A DNA stretch of 63,374 bases, counting the filler, from Sphacelaria rigidula (Eukaryota), in assembly GCA_964200075.2 (NCBI GenBank). It is 4 parts of 4 records of this genome, joined end to end, with 100 filler letters (N's around TTAATTAATTAA, not from the genome) between each part and the next. Parts side by side here need not be neighbours in the genome. Positions count along the whole stretch, not along the records: positions 47,613 to 63,374 come from CAXNAA020001605.1; 3 more parts are not named here. The stretch is one strand, 5' to 3'. Of this stretch, positions 50,050 to 62,231 are shown piece after piece. The notes under the pieces were generated by a model. It searched no databases, was not told the DNA's origin, and worked only from the letters and a program-made list of their open reading frames with translations. Each line of letters starts with the position of its first letter. Positions within the stretch are counted from its first letter, which is position 1. Position numbers and translations under genes: made by a program.

Positions 50050-53000
50050 CTACGCAGACGAAAGGGGCTGCACCCTTTGTTACGGCCGGCTTATGCCACA
50101 CGCGGCGTTCCGACAGCAATGACGACAGCGGATCAATGTAGGACGTACGAGACGCATCAATGCAACACACAAGTCCTTCTGATTCCTCTCGGTATAGGCT
50201 ACAAGGGGATCACCAGCAGCCATCATCGTATGGCGCGTGCACGGCGGCAACGGCGACGGTAGAGAAGCCTACCTGGAGCTGCAGCGCATGTACGCAGGAC
50301 GTGTTTAAGACGAGCGTCCTGTGCAACTACTTGCATTGGGAGAAGGACACCGAGATCTCCGATACCTCTCTGCAGAAGAATCGACATACTATTTTGTCGT
50401 AAAGCTGGGCAAGATTTGGGGGGAACTTATGGCGCTCGGGAACGTCAGAGTCAAGGGAATCGAGAGGGCAGCCCTTCTACTCGGCATCAAGGAGACGCTT
50501 CTACAGGTATTAAATACAACTAACAATCCAGGCAGGTACAACTTCCGACGAGACAGTACGAGCAGTGGTAGCATCATTAACATGCTTGACATCCAACATG
50601 GAACGCCGCGACGAAGCAGTATCGTTCCAATCGAGAACCGACACCAATAAAGCTGACACGGGACTCGATGGCAATCTGTGCACATGCTCTTTGAAACGGA
50701 ATCATAGATGACGGGAATGCCGATGATATTTCAATGGTAGACCTCGGGCTGAGCGACCGCCGATAGTGTGTCCATCACGAAAGTTCCCACCTCCTTCACG
50801 AAAATGGCGGGAGTAGTTGGAGAAGGATAGACCGAGGGTATTCATGGCCATGAATGTAGTAGTCGAAGACGAGTGAGTTCTCGACACATATCGAGAATTA
50901 TCCATGTTCGGCCAAAAGTCACACACAGGGCTCGATTCCCTGTGACTCGGGAACGAATGATCACATTACACCCTGGAAAGAGGATCCAAGGAATGTGCGT
51001 ACTGTCAATCGAAGCTGCACGTTTGGGAGCAAGGGGCAACTGCAGGCACTGAAAATGGGAGATATTCCATTACACGTGAAAGTTCAGGCAAAGGAGGCTT
51101 CGGCAACGGTCAACCTGAAGGACATACTTTGGGTCCCTAGACTACCTTGCCGGCTGCTGAGTACCGGAACGGTTTGGCTTGACGGAAGAAAATTCGTGGA
51201 CTCCGGTAGGAAGGAGAGCGATCTTCGGTGGACAGACCAAGGATTCCCCTGAGTCGATAGGATCGGATTCTTGACCCTGTCGGCATCCGTGCAAGGGAAT
51301 GACAACCACGCGGTATCGGCGCACGCTTCATTCGCAAATAATAAACAGCGCCTGACATTAAAGGATTGGCATGACATCTTCGGACACATCGATGCCGCCG
51401 CCATCAAGCGTCTGGAGAAACGAAGGCTCATCGAAGTAAGCGATACAACTGTCACAACGGTCATGCGGTGCACAGTATGCCGCGAATGCAAACCTCAAGT
51501 TCTCTCCTACGAATGAGGAGGTGAAGGTCCCAAAGTACCCGAGGATGCCATACATACAGACCTGGAAGGACGTTTCCATCCGGGCATGACCGGAATGAAG
51601 AACTTTCAAGTTTTCGTGGACGAAGCGACACGCGCCACGCACGTCGTGGGACTGAAAACTCGGGATGCGGCTGCCGACGCAATGGCGAACTACATCGATG
51701 AGATGGCTCGAGAAGGAGTGGTGATCAATCGCACCGGCGGAGAGGGAGCCGGAGAAGTTAAAATACCCATCAAGTTTCAACGCATGCTGGCGGCTTGGGA
51801 AGTTGGGTGGAGAAACCCACCGCTCCGGACACCTCAATCTAATGCATTAGCTGAATGCACATTTCCATAACTACTGAGGACAGAATGCAGCCAACTGGTG
51901 AGAACAGGACGCGGAGAGGACTACTGGACCTTCGCTGTGGCGAATGCGGCATTCAAGACCGCAGGAATGCCCCACGAATATCTCGGGGGAAACGTCCTAT
52001 GCGAGCGGCTTACAGGGAAGCCGTTTGACTACGACTCTCTACGTGTGGGAAGTGGAGTGTTCGGTACATCAAAACCAACGACAACGTGAAGCGGGCTCGA
52101 AGTGTCACCCGTACGCGAAACGCGGGATGGTAGTCGGGCACGCCCGCTTATCGCCAAGGTGGTATGTATGGCTAATGCAGGAAATCACGCTCATGAAGTC
52201 TTGAGATATCACGCTTGAATCAGAGGCCAACGCTCCAGATATCGTGGGGGAGCTGAAGATTGTCGAACTGAGCGATGACAAGGACGAGCCGTCTGAAAAA
52301 GAGAAACCACCCAGGAATCGACAGCGATGATGGCCCGGATAGAAAACCACCAAGATCCGACACCATCAAAGGGTTATTCTCTTGACAGTGAACCGCGCAG
52401 GTCCGTTCGACTGGCGCAATGGCGTCAGGCTAATAATGCACAACGACGCTATTGGAGTTCTAACGACAGCCTCTCGGCGATGGAAAATTCTCAGCCACCC
52501 TCCTAGGATATGAGGATAAAGACGCGTTCTGCATGCTCGGGTTAATAGACGATACTGTTTCCTGACCAAAGCAACCACAGACCACGAAAGAAGCCCTTGC
52601 TGAGTTTGATGCTGGCAGATGAAAAGTTGCCATCGAGGAGGAAATGAAAGGTTTACGACAAGCGGAAGTTCGTCGACGAAACCCTGCCGCACGGAAAGTG
52701 CCAAACCTAGACGGGGTTTATATACTTACGACGTCAAGCGCACGGCTGACGGAAGAGTGGAGAGACATAAGGCCCGACTTGTGGCTCGCAGATCCACTCA
52801 GCGCAAGGGCATAAACTTCTTCGAGATATTTTAGCCCGGTCGTAGCCTCGACGTCATGTGCAACATTCTGGTGACAACCGCTCTCCAGGATTTGCCGGTT
52901 GCAGTGCTGAATTTCACGCAGGCGTACCTGAATGCACCACTCGTAAGGGACACCTGGACAGAGCTGCTCGACAAGAAAGCGATCAAGGCGGACAGGGCCT

Positions 53001-54300
53001 TTTATGGCCTACAGCAATCCGCCGTAGAAGACTCCACGGAACCAAGGAACACATAACTCGCGAAAAAAATTGGAAATTGGCACAGCAACCACTATAACAA
53101 GTGCCTGTGCCGTCGTCAGGCCAAAGATGGGCGCGTCGCTGTTCTGGTCACCTACGTAGGCGACGTCCTGTTCTCAGGTGACTACACCGAGGAGGGCCAG
53201 CGTGTGCGGACCTGCCTTGATGAAGTTCAAGGGCCGGGACCTGGGGGTGCTCTACGAGCTTTTCGGCGTCGGCGTCACTGTTGCCCATGATAGCATCGCT
53301 CTAGATCAACGCGTTTGTGCCGAGAACATCGCCATTATTAAAGGAGTAGGCTCGATGGAAGGACAAAAAACATATATGACCTTAGACCCGGGCATGGACC
53401 TGCCAAAGCGGAAAGCTGATAGAGAGGAGCTGGGCTCCTCACCAGTTCCTGTGCGCGACGATGGATTGATTGACTGTCGCACCTTAACCGATCTCCTGGG
53501 GGTCCAGTCGTGGTCACATAGTAGACGTACCCGAGAGAGTAACAACAAAATACGGAAACACTCGCTGAAGTAAAATGAAGATCGCAACGGGTACAAAAGG
53601 TAAGCAGAGTAGGCGAATAAAAGGGGGAGAGAGAGAGAACAAAACAAAATAAGGGCAAAAAAACGAAAATGGCCGGCCTTTGCAGCATAACTTTGGTCGA
53701 AAAGGTCTTGCGCAAAAACTACACTCACACTCACTAGTAGAAACAGAAAGCCATCGGGACAGAGCGCGGCTCATCTTTTCCGACCTCCTTATTTCGGTTA
53801 CGAAGCCCTCGTCCATAAACGCGATGGATCTCGGAATACTGATGTTCCTCCCAGGAACTTCCAGGAACAAAGCGACCCGATCTCCGCATGGATGTTCGGG
53901 AGCTACGGCGCCGGGCCGCTTGTCTCTGCGTGCGACACTAACGAGGACTACAGCACGGCCTCCGCTCCATCTAGCTGGTACGCTCGATGTCTGCCTACGG
54001 TATCGTATGGGCACCGTGAAGACGGAGAACGCACTATCAATAGTGGGCTATGCCGACTTGGTCTGGGCGAACAATGGCGAAACACGGAGGAGCGTCACGG
54101 GCTACCCCCTGCAAATGAAAAAGTCTCCGATGGTGCGGTGGTCCAAACTACACACCTCCGTCACTCCTTTTTTTTCAGAAGCGGGATGGACGGCCATGGT
54201 ATACGGCATGCATCATATCATATTTTCCGTGGCATTGTGGAAGAGATAGGACTTGCGAAGGACAAACGGTGTGATGAAGTGGTGTGATTCAGCTCATTCG
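50050..54300 (+). mobile_element. Degenerate Ty1/Copia LTR retrotransposon internal region (gag-PR-INT-RT-RH); LTRs not identified
   Basis: In order: LKDILWVPRLPCRLLS (~51120), HHCC WHDIFGH...CTVCRECK (~51365-51490), integrase core IHTDL...FVDEATR...TPQSNALAE (~51550-51860), RT HKARLVAR and TQAYLNAPL, degenerate YVGD (~53155), and RNase H GYADLVWA...RRSVTGY (~54045). Many stops and frameshifts. INT before RT is the Copia order. Confidence 0.9.
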
Positions 54301-57300
54301 GGGATTTTCCAAAAGATATTGGACTATCCGACGGGGTTTTACGAATGAGGGATATTCTTCATCCGAGGTCAGATGCTACGGTAGGGGTGCACAAATATTT
54401 TCTGACGTTTGAATTGTTAGGAGCCCTTTACCTCGTCCAAAAAACGACCAGTGAAATATGTGAGAGTACATAGTACCACTCACACGGGGGGATATCCGTT
54501 TTCTCACAGTCTGAGAAAGGGATTTGGTCAATGATACTTCTTCATTTTGTCGCGATCCCTATTCATTTGGGCTCATTATTTGATACGGATATAGCCTGGG
54601 CCAACCAAGATGAACCAACCAAACAAGCGAACACGCGCGACGGGTCAAACATCATGCATGACAACAATAGCTGCAAAAAGTACCAAGAAAAAATACGAGT
54701 TCCCCGCAACCCGCCGGCAAGCATCCCGGAGAGCGTCGCAAACATTTGCTATCTAGTTCAAATAGTTTGGTTCGTGCCCTCAGTCTTTGTATACAAAATC
54801 GCCGCAACTCACAACACGGCGCATTTGCTTTTGTAGCAAAATAGTAGCAATACTGCCGTAGAACGGAACACGCCAACAGCACAAAGCTGCACACACATAA
54901 CATACCTCAACTAACGTTTCCCACCATGTACGAGGACTGCCGTGCGACCCACCATGTTGCTTGCTAAAGTGTGTGGTGCTAGGCAACAGTACTTCATCAC
55001 ACAAACAGCAATACTTTACAACACTGCTATACAGTAGGGGTTCCAATATAATACACATCCTCGGAAGTGCGGCACCATCCGTCGTGCAGTCAAAGCCGCG
55101 CGTCACAAGTCCGATCCGCTGTACCACCATCCAGTATGGTGCGGGGTCCCACCACAGTGCGGGATCACGCCAAAGTGCGTTCATGCCGAGCTCGGAACCC
55201 ATCGCACTATACTGGTACCCCCACTACAATGCCGGAAAAACTCATAGTCACACCCCCCAAGACACGCACGGAGCATCGGGGAAACGTGCTCCTTCATCCT
55301 ACCTGACACACACACCCATTCATGTTCAGCACTTTCGGTGGGGCACGGCCAACCCCAGAACAACTCGTAAAAATGAATAGATGGGTCTAGGGAGCACAAC
55401 ATGCGGACTAGCATGACGACGCCCCCAAGAAATATGAAGACCGAGCAAAGGCCCGTCCCCATCGAGAAAAGAAGCATGAGCAGTCAGTAAACACACATCT
55501 CAACACAAGAACAAAAAAAGGGGTCAACACGCAAACAAGGAGAAACACGAAATACGTACAACTCGACGTACAGTACAGTGCACCTCGCCTCTTGCAGAGC
55601 TCAGGCGACGGGATTCCCCACACACACCATGCACTTTAGAAGCAGAAAAACAGAACGGGAACTCCGCCTCTCGCGCATCACACCAAACCCGAGCACACAG
55701 CGTCAAAACTCATGCCACCTATACCTAATTCAGTGACATCACATACGCTACGCCAAGCGAGTATATCTGGGGCGATAGATCTCGATACCATTTACCCATG
55801 TTGAATCACAGGTTCGCGACCGGTTCTGCGAATCTCTCGATTGCCCCGCCTTTTCTGCACAGGTGGGCTTCATGGAGATGCACAAGAATCGGAACCGCCA
55901 ATCCTTCTGCAGAGTCCGCACCAACATCCCACCAAGAAACGAAAAAAAAACATTTTCCTCGGGGTCAGCGAGTCTTGCCCGAACAACCCTAACTACAAAA
56001 TGCCGATTCATAAAGCTTTCCATTTAAATGTGTCGAGTAATGGAGCCTCAAATATTTAATCAAGAGAAAGAACAAACAGTACTATTCGATGTATGCACAT
56101 ACAACGACTCCCTCCTACAAACGACGTTTCGCGTTCACAACTGATAATTAAACCGATCAGGTTAATTCGCCGTGAACGCACATGCATGCGTGCCACTTAC
56201 TTAACGGGTGGAACAAGCTCGACGCTCCGCACAACCAACAATCAACAACAGTTTCATGAAAAACATACAACGTCACCGTCGACTGAAAAAAATGTTTACA
56301 GCAAATTTCGTCCCAATCCACCGAAAAAATATGATAAAAAAACAAGAAGAGTGGCAAAAATGATACCTATCCACTCATCTCAAGTATAGGTTGTTCTCCA
56401 CACCAACAATTCTACTCGTTCACTCATGCAAGAAATGCCCCGCTGTCAAAAACCACCGCCGAGAAAAAACAAAAAAGTTACATTGCAGTGACAACCGCCT
56501 TCTCTGCCTTCCTAAGAACGAAAACTTTTTCATCCCTCTACCATACCCCCTCCCCACACAGAAAGGGGGGCAAGCGCACGGGAGAGGGGAGTGCGGCAAA
56601 AGTACCACTGAATTATTCTGAACTACTGCAGCACAGGCACAACGTGCATTCCTTGAATGTTGCTCACCAGTCAAGAAGAGGAAACGCCCTGTTTGATTCC
56701 GGCCCATCGATCAAATGATATCCCGTTACGTATTGCTCGATTGTGATTGGGGAGGGGGGGCGTACTCCTTCGTTGCTTGCCTTGGTCAGTTGACCATTTA
56801 CCACACATTATTTTCAATACGGGGAGGGGGGGGTACGGGTAGGTAGGATGCGGTGACGTAAATCTCAGCAGGCAACAAAAACCAGATAACAATGAAACGA
56901 GACATAGACCGAGATACGTTTTTCGCCCCGGCGAAAATGCTCACACCAGACTGCCAACACCCGGTGAAACACGAGAAACATACAGAACAACGCCTCCCCC
57001 TCCCCCGACCGTCAACACGAACAACTACCCGCCGGAATAAAAACTGCCGCAGCGTGAAGAAATCCTGAATGTTGAGCCTAAATTACCGCAGCTAGCAGAC
57101 TCCACCTGGCCTGAAGAAAACATAAACACCCTTCCATGGACGTCATGATACCTAGGGCCGCCTTGTTTCTAGTAGCCAGCCCTCTTGACCAAACGAGTGC
57201 GACAGTGTGAGAGGAGGCACGCAAAGCTCGAAACTCTACACGCCCAGACCACCGCTCATGCGGACAACACACAATACACATTCTCATAACGCCCACAGAC

Positions 57301-57392
57301 TGGTACACCTTCTCCGCTCAGACACACACAGAGCAAAGCAAACACACAACGCACACAAACACAAAACACACACCAAGACTCCAATGAACGCG

Positions 57393-57426
<34 letters not shown>

Positions 57427-58266
57427 TATGCCACAACGTGAAAAACAAATACACCAACACCTTCGCCATCATCCGGAAACCGAGAGCGATCAGAAAGATA
57501 TTTTTCACCAAAACGGCAATTTTTTAGGATCTACTTCGCGCCGGGTCACCTTTTCCACGGTACAAGTACACTGTCTGTGCCGAGGAGTTAACGCGCACTC
57601 GAAAATAAGAACCAGAATCCGAAACGCCCACTCGCCGAGCGTAAGAGAAGCTAGGATCCGGATCTCGAAATAAAAGGCGAGATGGGTCTCACGAATACTC
57701 CACTCGACCCTAGAGTATTTTGCGGCTGCCGTGCACGCCCCCCCCCCCCTCCTCTCCCTCCTCCCCCTCCTCCCCTCCCGCTCCATGGTGAGAAAGACGG
57801 AGCAGTGTGTAACCCGTGGCTATCTCTGTAAGTGGCAATACCAGAAAATGAAGCAACCCATTGCAGGCTGCCATCCAATGTGCAATATGATTAGCACGCT
57901 GCGGGCCGAAAAAGCTCGACAAGATGAAGGTCACTCTCAAATCATTCGACTCGCCAAACACATAACGGCGCTTTGCGTTTGGTTATGGCGAGCCTGGTCC
58001 GGCGAACACCCGGCGCGCTCCGTCCCAGCTTTGTAGGGATGCGACGGTCTTACGACTACGTCATGCAAGATCATGAGTGAACCCTGCCCCCCCTCCCTCC
58101 CCGGCATAAACACGGACACCCCATTTCCCCCCCCACCAAACACAAGGAGTGGAGCCTCGTCATCGATGAACGGAGACGAAAGGTCAGCTCGCCTAGTAAA
58201 TTGTGCGAACCACGTGTGGTGAAGGGGGGGACGCGGGGGTGGGGTAGGTGCAAGTCGCCCACTCAC

Positions 58267-58445
58267 GGAATTCTCGAGATCTCAAAAGCGCCTCACGTAC
58301 ACGTTGTGATACACTCAAGCGGCCGACTTGTTCGATCAGAGATGGCCAGCTCCGAATCTCGGCAATTTTCAAGTTTTCAACGATATCCCCGCAGAGGGCG
58401 TCAACTTCACCGCCGCTCTCCCTGCGCTGTCCGCTTCCCACCATA
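58267..58445 (-). CDS. Candidate downstream exon of the C2-domain gene
   Basis: aag|T ATG GTG...TTC C|gtgagt. Encodes MVGSGQRRESGGEVDALCGDIVENLKIAEIRSWPSLIEQVGRLSVSQRVREALLRSREF. Linkage to the upstream exons is unresolved. Confidence 0.45.
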
Positions 58446-59344
58446 CTTGTACATGGACGTCAGGAGATAGTGCAGGAGAGATCGGGCAATAATGCACACA
58501 GCAGGCAATCTGTATCCTCGCCGTCCCCCGTCTGTCCATTTTCGACGATCAGCGGTACAGGCGCGGAGCATGCACGAGGTCAACATCAGAAGTGGGAAGC
58601 TTCGCCACGTCTTGAAGAACTAGCAAGTTGCGTCAGTGGGAGCCGGCGACTACTGTTACTCAGCGTAAAAAAACATATGACGCCAAACTTTTCCGGAGAC
58701 AGCATCAAATCAGATGTTGCGAAATGGAAGGCATCCTTCTCTCGGGGATAAAAACCCTGATCACCCCATCGCTCTCCTCCGGGAACGTTCCCTGGGTTTG
58801 CTGAGACGAACCTAGAGCAGTGTTCCGTCTCTTTGTGTTTTCTGTCTTGATACAGTGTCCAATCCCCCGTCCCTCATGTAGTTGCAGTGCTCCGTCTCGA
58901 AAGGGATGCGTGGTCAATGGTCAAACGACCAAGGCAAGGAGCAAATGAGTACGCCCCTCCCCCTCATATAACTGCAAGACTACACAAGGAGAAACGAAAC
59001 ATGCTACAGGGGAAAATGCGGGACGTGGACGATGGTGGCATGAGATATTCAAAAGGTTTTTTGTGTAATGTGTGGAAAAAACGTGATGAGCACCAAAATG
59101 TTGGACATGTCTTCATGAGGAGTAGGAACGGTGCTCCGTCTCGAAAGGGATGCGTGGTCAATGGTCAAACGACTAATACAAGGAACAAATGAGTACGCCT
59201 CGCCCCCCCCACATGACGTGATGTCGTGTTGAAATGGACACCACGACAACAACAACGACGACAACAAAAACAGAAACGGCGACAAACAGCCATGCGAGTA
59301 TAAAACCACCGCAGTAAAAGCACAGCGCAGCTCCATCCACTCAC

Positions 59345-59525
59345 AGTGAGCAACCCGTTGTCGGACACGCAGTACGTTATGGTAAGATGCAGCTCCAGCG
59401 ACGACTTTGCACCAAACCCTCCCCACAGGATTGACTTCGGCTCAACCAGCGGCTCCCACAGCTCAAAACTTTTGCCAACATGTCGGTATTTGTTCAGATC
59501 CAGCACCGCCTCGCCACGCACAAAC
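59345..59525 (-). CDS. C2-domain-like gene, exon
   Basis: tgtag|G TTT GTG...ACT|gtgagt. Encodes FVRGEAVLDLNKYRHVGKSFELWEPLVEPKSILWGGFGAKSSLELHLTITYCVSDNGLLT, resembling the last strands of a C2 domain (GE..LDL, W.PL, ELHL.I.Y). Confidence 0.65.
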
Positions 59526-59698
59526 CTACATCGAACACACGCACACGGACAACAAAAGGTGGACTGCTGAGGGTGAGGTCCGCACTCGAAATTCAGTCCA
59601 ACACCCCTGCCTGTACCGCAGATAGCTTCAACCATCAAGTACGGTTCAAAGCGCAGCCACACACGACTTCATCCTTCCAACAGCGAGCGTGCAAATAC

Positions 59699-59715
59699 CT
59701 GTCGATCTCTGTCCA
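59699..59715 (-). CDS. 17-bp micro-exon of the C2-domain-like gene
   Basis: ttcgcag|TGGACAGAGATCGACAG|gtattt. Phase 0 in and 2 out, which bridges the flanking exons. Confidence 0.45.
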
Positions 59716-59934
59716 CTGCGAATTATTCATTATTGGCAACTTTAGTTTCATGGTACAGCACCGGTCAACGCTCCCGACATAAAACATGAACATCCGTACC
59801 AAAACTCGTCGCAATAACGTCTTGCACGTTGTTTTGCCTTACCCTCTATTTCTTTTTTTTTCAAGAATATTTCCGACCCCTCTCCTTCCTCAGTCAGGAC
59901 GAGTACGCAGGTAGTAGTATCAAGGGATCACTCG

Positions 59935-60172
59935 ACTCATCGTTCCCCCGGAACCTGCCCGGTATCTGGGTATCGCGGGTCCGATCAGCACATTCGCTAG
60001 CACCGCGTCGACTTTCCTACTCACGTCCCACGTAACCTTTTCAAGTAGCGGAAATAAGACAACTCCTCACAAAAAAAACGTATCTGCGGGGATTTCAACC
60101 CTCAACTCCGTCCTAACCGTCACCGCTTGGTTGTACTCGTAAGATGGGCCAGTTAACACCACCAAGGCAGGC
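59935..60172 (-). mobile_element. tRNA-derived SINE-like element, family 2
   Basis: Minus-strand head ccttggtggtgttaactgg...gagggttgaaatcccc; body is similar to 8805-9053. Confidence 0.5.
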
Positions 60173-60277
60173 GCACCGTTACCCTTAGTACCCCACTCCC
60201 CCGCCTGCCCGCCCGTCGTCTGAAGAGATTTAAGTACTGTATAACAATAATAATGAAACGCACATCTTGCCGCTCGC

Positions 60278-60412
60278 TTGACGCTCGGTGAGCGCAAATC
60301 TCATCTTCTCATCCTCCCCGCGGTCTGGCATTTGCGTCCAAAAGTTCCACAGCGGTTCCTTTTGTTTCACGATGGACGTGGAGTCTTTATCATCTCCATA
60401 CGTGATCGTGGT
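60278..60412 (-). CDS. C2-domain-like gene, exon
   Basis: ctgcag|ACC ACG ATC...; encodes TTITYGDDKDSTSIVKQKEPLWNFWTQMPDRGEDEKMRFALTERQ (C2-like T.IVK...P.WN). Requires a GC donor (gcgagc). Confidence 0.55.
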
Positions 60413-61501
60413 CTGCAGGGCTGCCGGCTGGCAGAGACACGGGGAGACAGGCGCGAGGGGATGGCGGGGGGGGTACGAATGATCTGGCATGCTGTAGTCA
60501 TGAGACCATGGACTTCGCATCCCTACAAAGCAGGGACGAATAACATCGAGTTTTCGCCGGACCAGACTCAGGGCGGGGGTGGGGGCGGGGGGGGTATATT
60601 CATTTGTTGCTTGCCTTAGTCATTTGGCCGTTGACCGCGCGTCCCTTTCGAGACGGATCACAAGGGGATTTTTCAACGAATCTCTGATTTAACTTTATGA
60701 TGCAGATGCGGACGCAAGTGGCTCAAGCATCAGAAAACTTCGGCAAAGACTCGAGTGGAAAGGCTGCAGTGTAACCCGAGATGATGATCAAAACCTTTTC
60801 GACGTCTCGTTGTGTGGACTGTCAAACACAAGATCTGCATGAAGAGAAGGAGGGCGTGTCCCAGGGACCGATGATCGTCTCACAGCACAGACAAGACAGT
60901 TACTTCGGATATTCCTGGCGAGATACACGATATGGGTGCGGAAAAAAGCACAAGACGCGAAATTGCGAAAACGACTCAAACAACATTGCGGTGTGCTCAT
61001 GCGTCAAAATGATCTTGTATCCGGAGGGGGACCGTCAACAACAATAGGTGAACTTGAGAACAAAGGGGGGAGGCGGGAGGCGGGAGGGGGGACAACTTCA
61101 TTCAGGGACAGCAAAATACAAGAGGTGACGTTGATAGCATACTGTACGTGAAAAATCGTACTAAGCCCGCATTACTACTAGCAGACTGCATGAGAACCAG
61201 CAAAAACGGATAGGAGAAAGTAGCGCGGGTATGTTTCCTCTCGTACCTACGGTGCTTCTCCTTATCCTGGGACAGTGCAGTAGGCGGACAACACTCGTCA
61301 AAACACAACAATCTCAACCGGTGAGGCACCGGGTTCGGTGGCTTGGTGCCCACAATATGACTTGGTTGATCCCCCCTTTCCCCCCTCGTAATACGTACAA
61401 CGATTCATCACACCAACAGCAATTTTCGACGCTACATACTTGCCATCAAAACCACTGCAAACGAAATCATTATGTATCAAGCAATTTATGTACATATAAA
61501 T

Positions 61502-61507
61502 ATATGC

Positions 61508-61554
<47 letters not shown>
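61502..61554. repeat. (TA)n(TG)n microsatellite
   Basis: Directly visible. Confidence 0.9.
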
Positions 61555-61558
<4 letters not shown>

Positions 61559-61886
61559 GATTCATTTCATGAATGTATATACAATCTAATCCTTATCGAA
61601 TATTTTTTCAACCCTCATAAAATCGGAGTGGACTAATCGTGGGTGATGGAGGGCCCTTTGTGAATCGACATCACTTTTACTTGACAACGACTGGAAATGA
61701 TGCCGATTCACAGATGGACCCCGCGTGCAGACCAGGTCCCCCCCCCCTGCTTAGTGGGAGTCCGGTCCCAAAAGGCTCAACCCTTAGACCACGAGGGTAG
61801 TCCATGTACATCATGCACAGCATTTTCAAGGTGAAATGATGCCGATTCAACAGATTACCCTCTCTCGCCGTCAAAGGGTTAACTAA

Positions 61887-61995
61887 CCCTTACACCGCGA
61901 GGGTAGGCAATCTACGGGATCGGCATCATTTACACTTGAAAGATGAGTTAAAACGATGCCGAGTCATGAAATCGCCTACCCTCGCGGTGAAAGGG
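61887..61995. mobile_element. 109-bp piggyBac-like miniature inverted-repeat element
   Basis: ctaa|cccttacaccgcgagggtaggc...gcctaccctcgcggtgaaaggg|tgaa. CCCTT/AAGGG termini in degenerate TTAA sites, adjacent to another aaggg|ttaa end at ~61878. Confidence 0.55.
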
Positions 61996-61999
61996 TGAA

Positions 62000-62231
62000 C
62001 ACACATCTCCCCCGGCACATGCCCAACACTTTGGTATTGCGGATCCGTTCAGCACTTCCCGTTAACGCGTCGACTGTCGTCGAATCGTATTTGCTTTACT
62101 CGCGTTGTCACATCTCCAATGACGAAACGAAAACAGACTATAGGCAAAAAGACCGTATCTGGTCGGATTCCAGCCCGCAACCCTCTGCCCTGACCGGCCA
62201 ATGGTCTGTACCGATCACACTGCCGGGGGGG
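62000..62231 (-). mobile_element. tRNA-derived SINE-like element, family 2
   Basis: Minus-strand head cccggcagtgtgatcggta...gcgggctggaatccgac; body is similar to 8805-9053. Confidence 0.5.
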
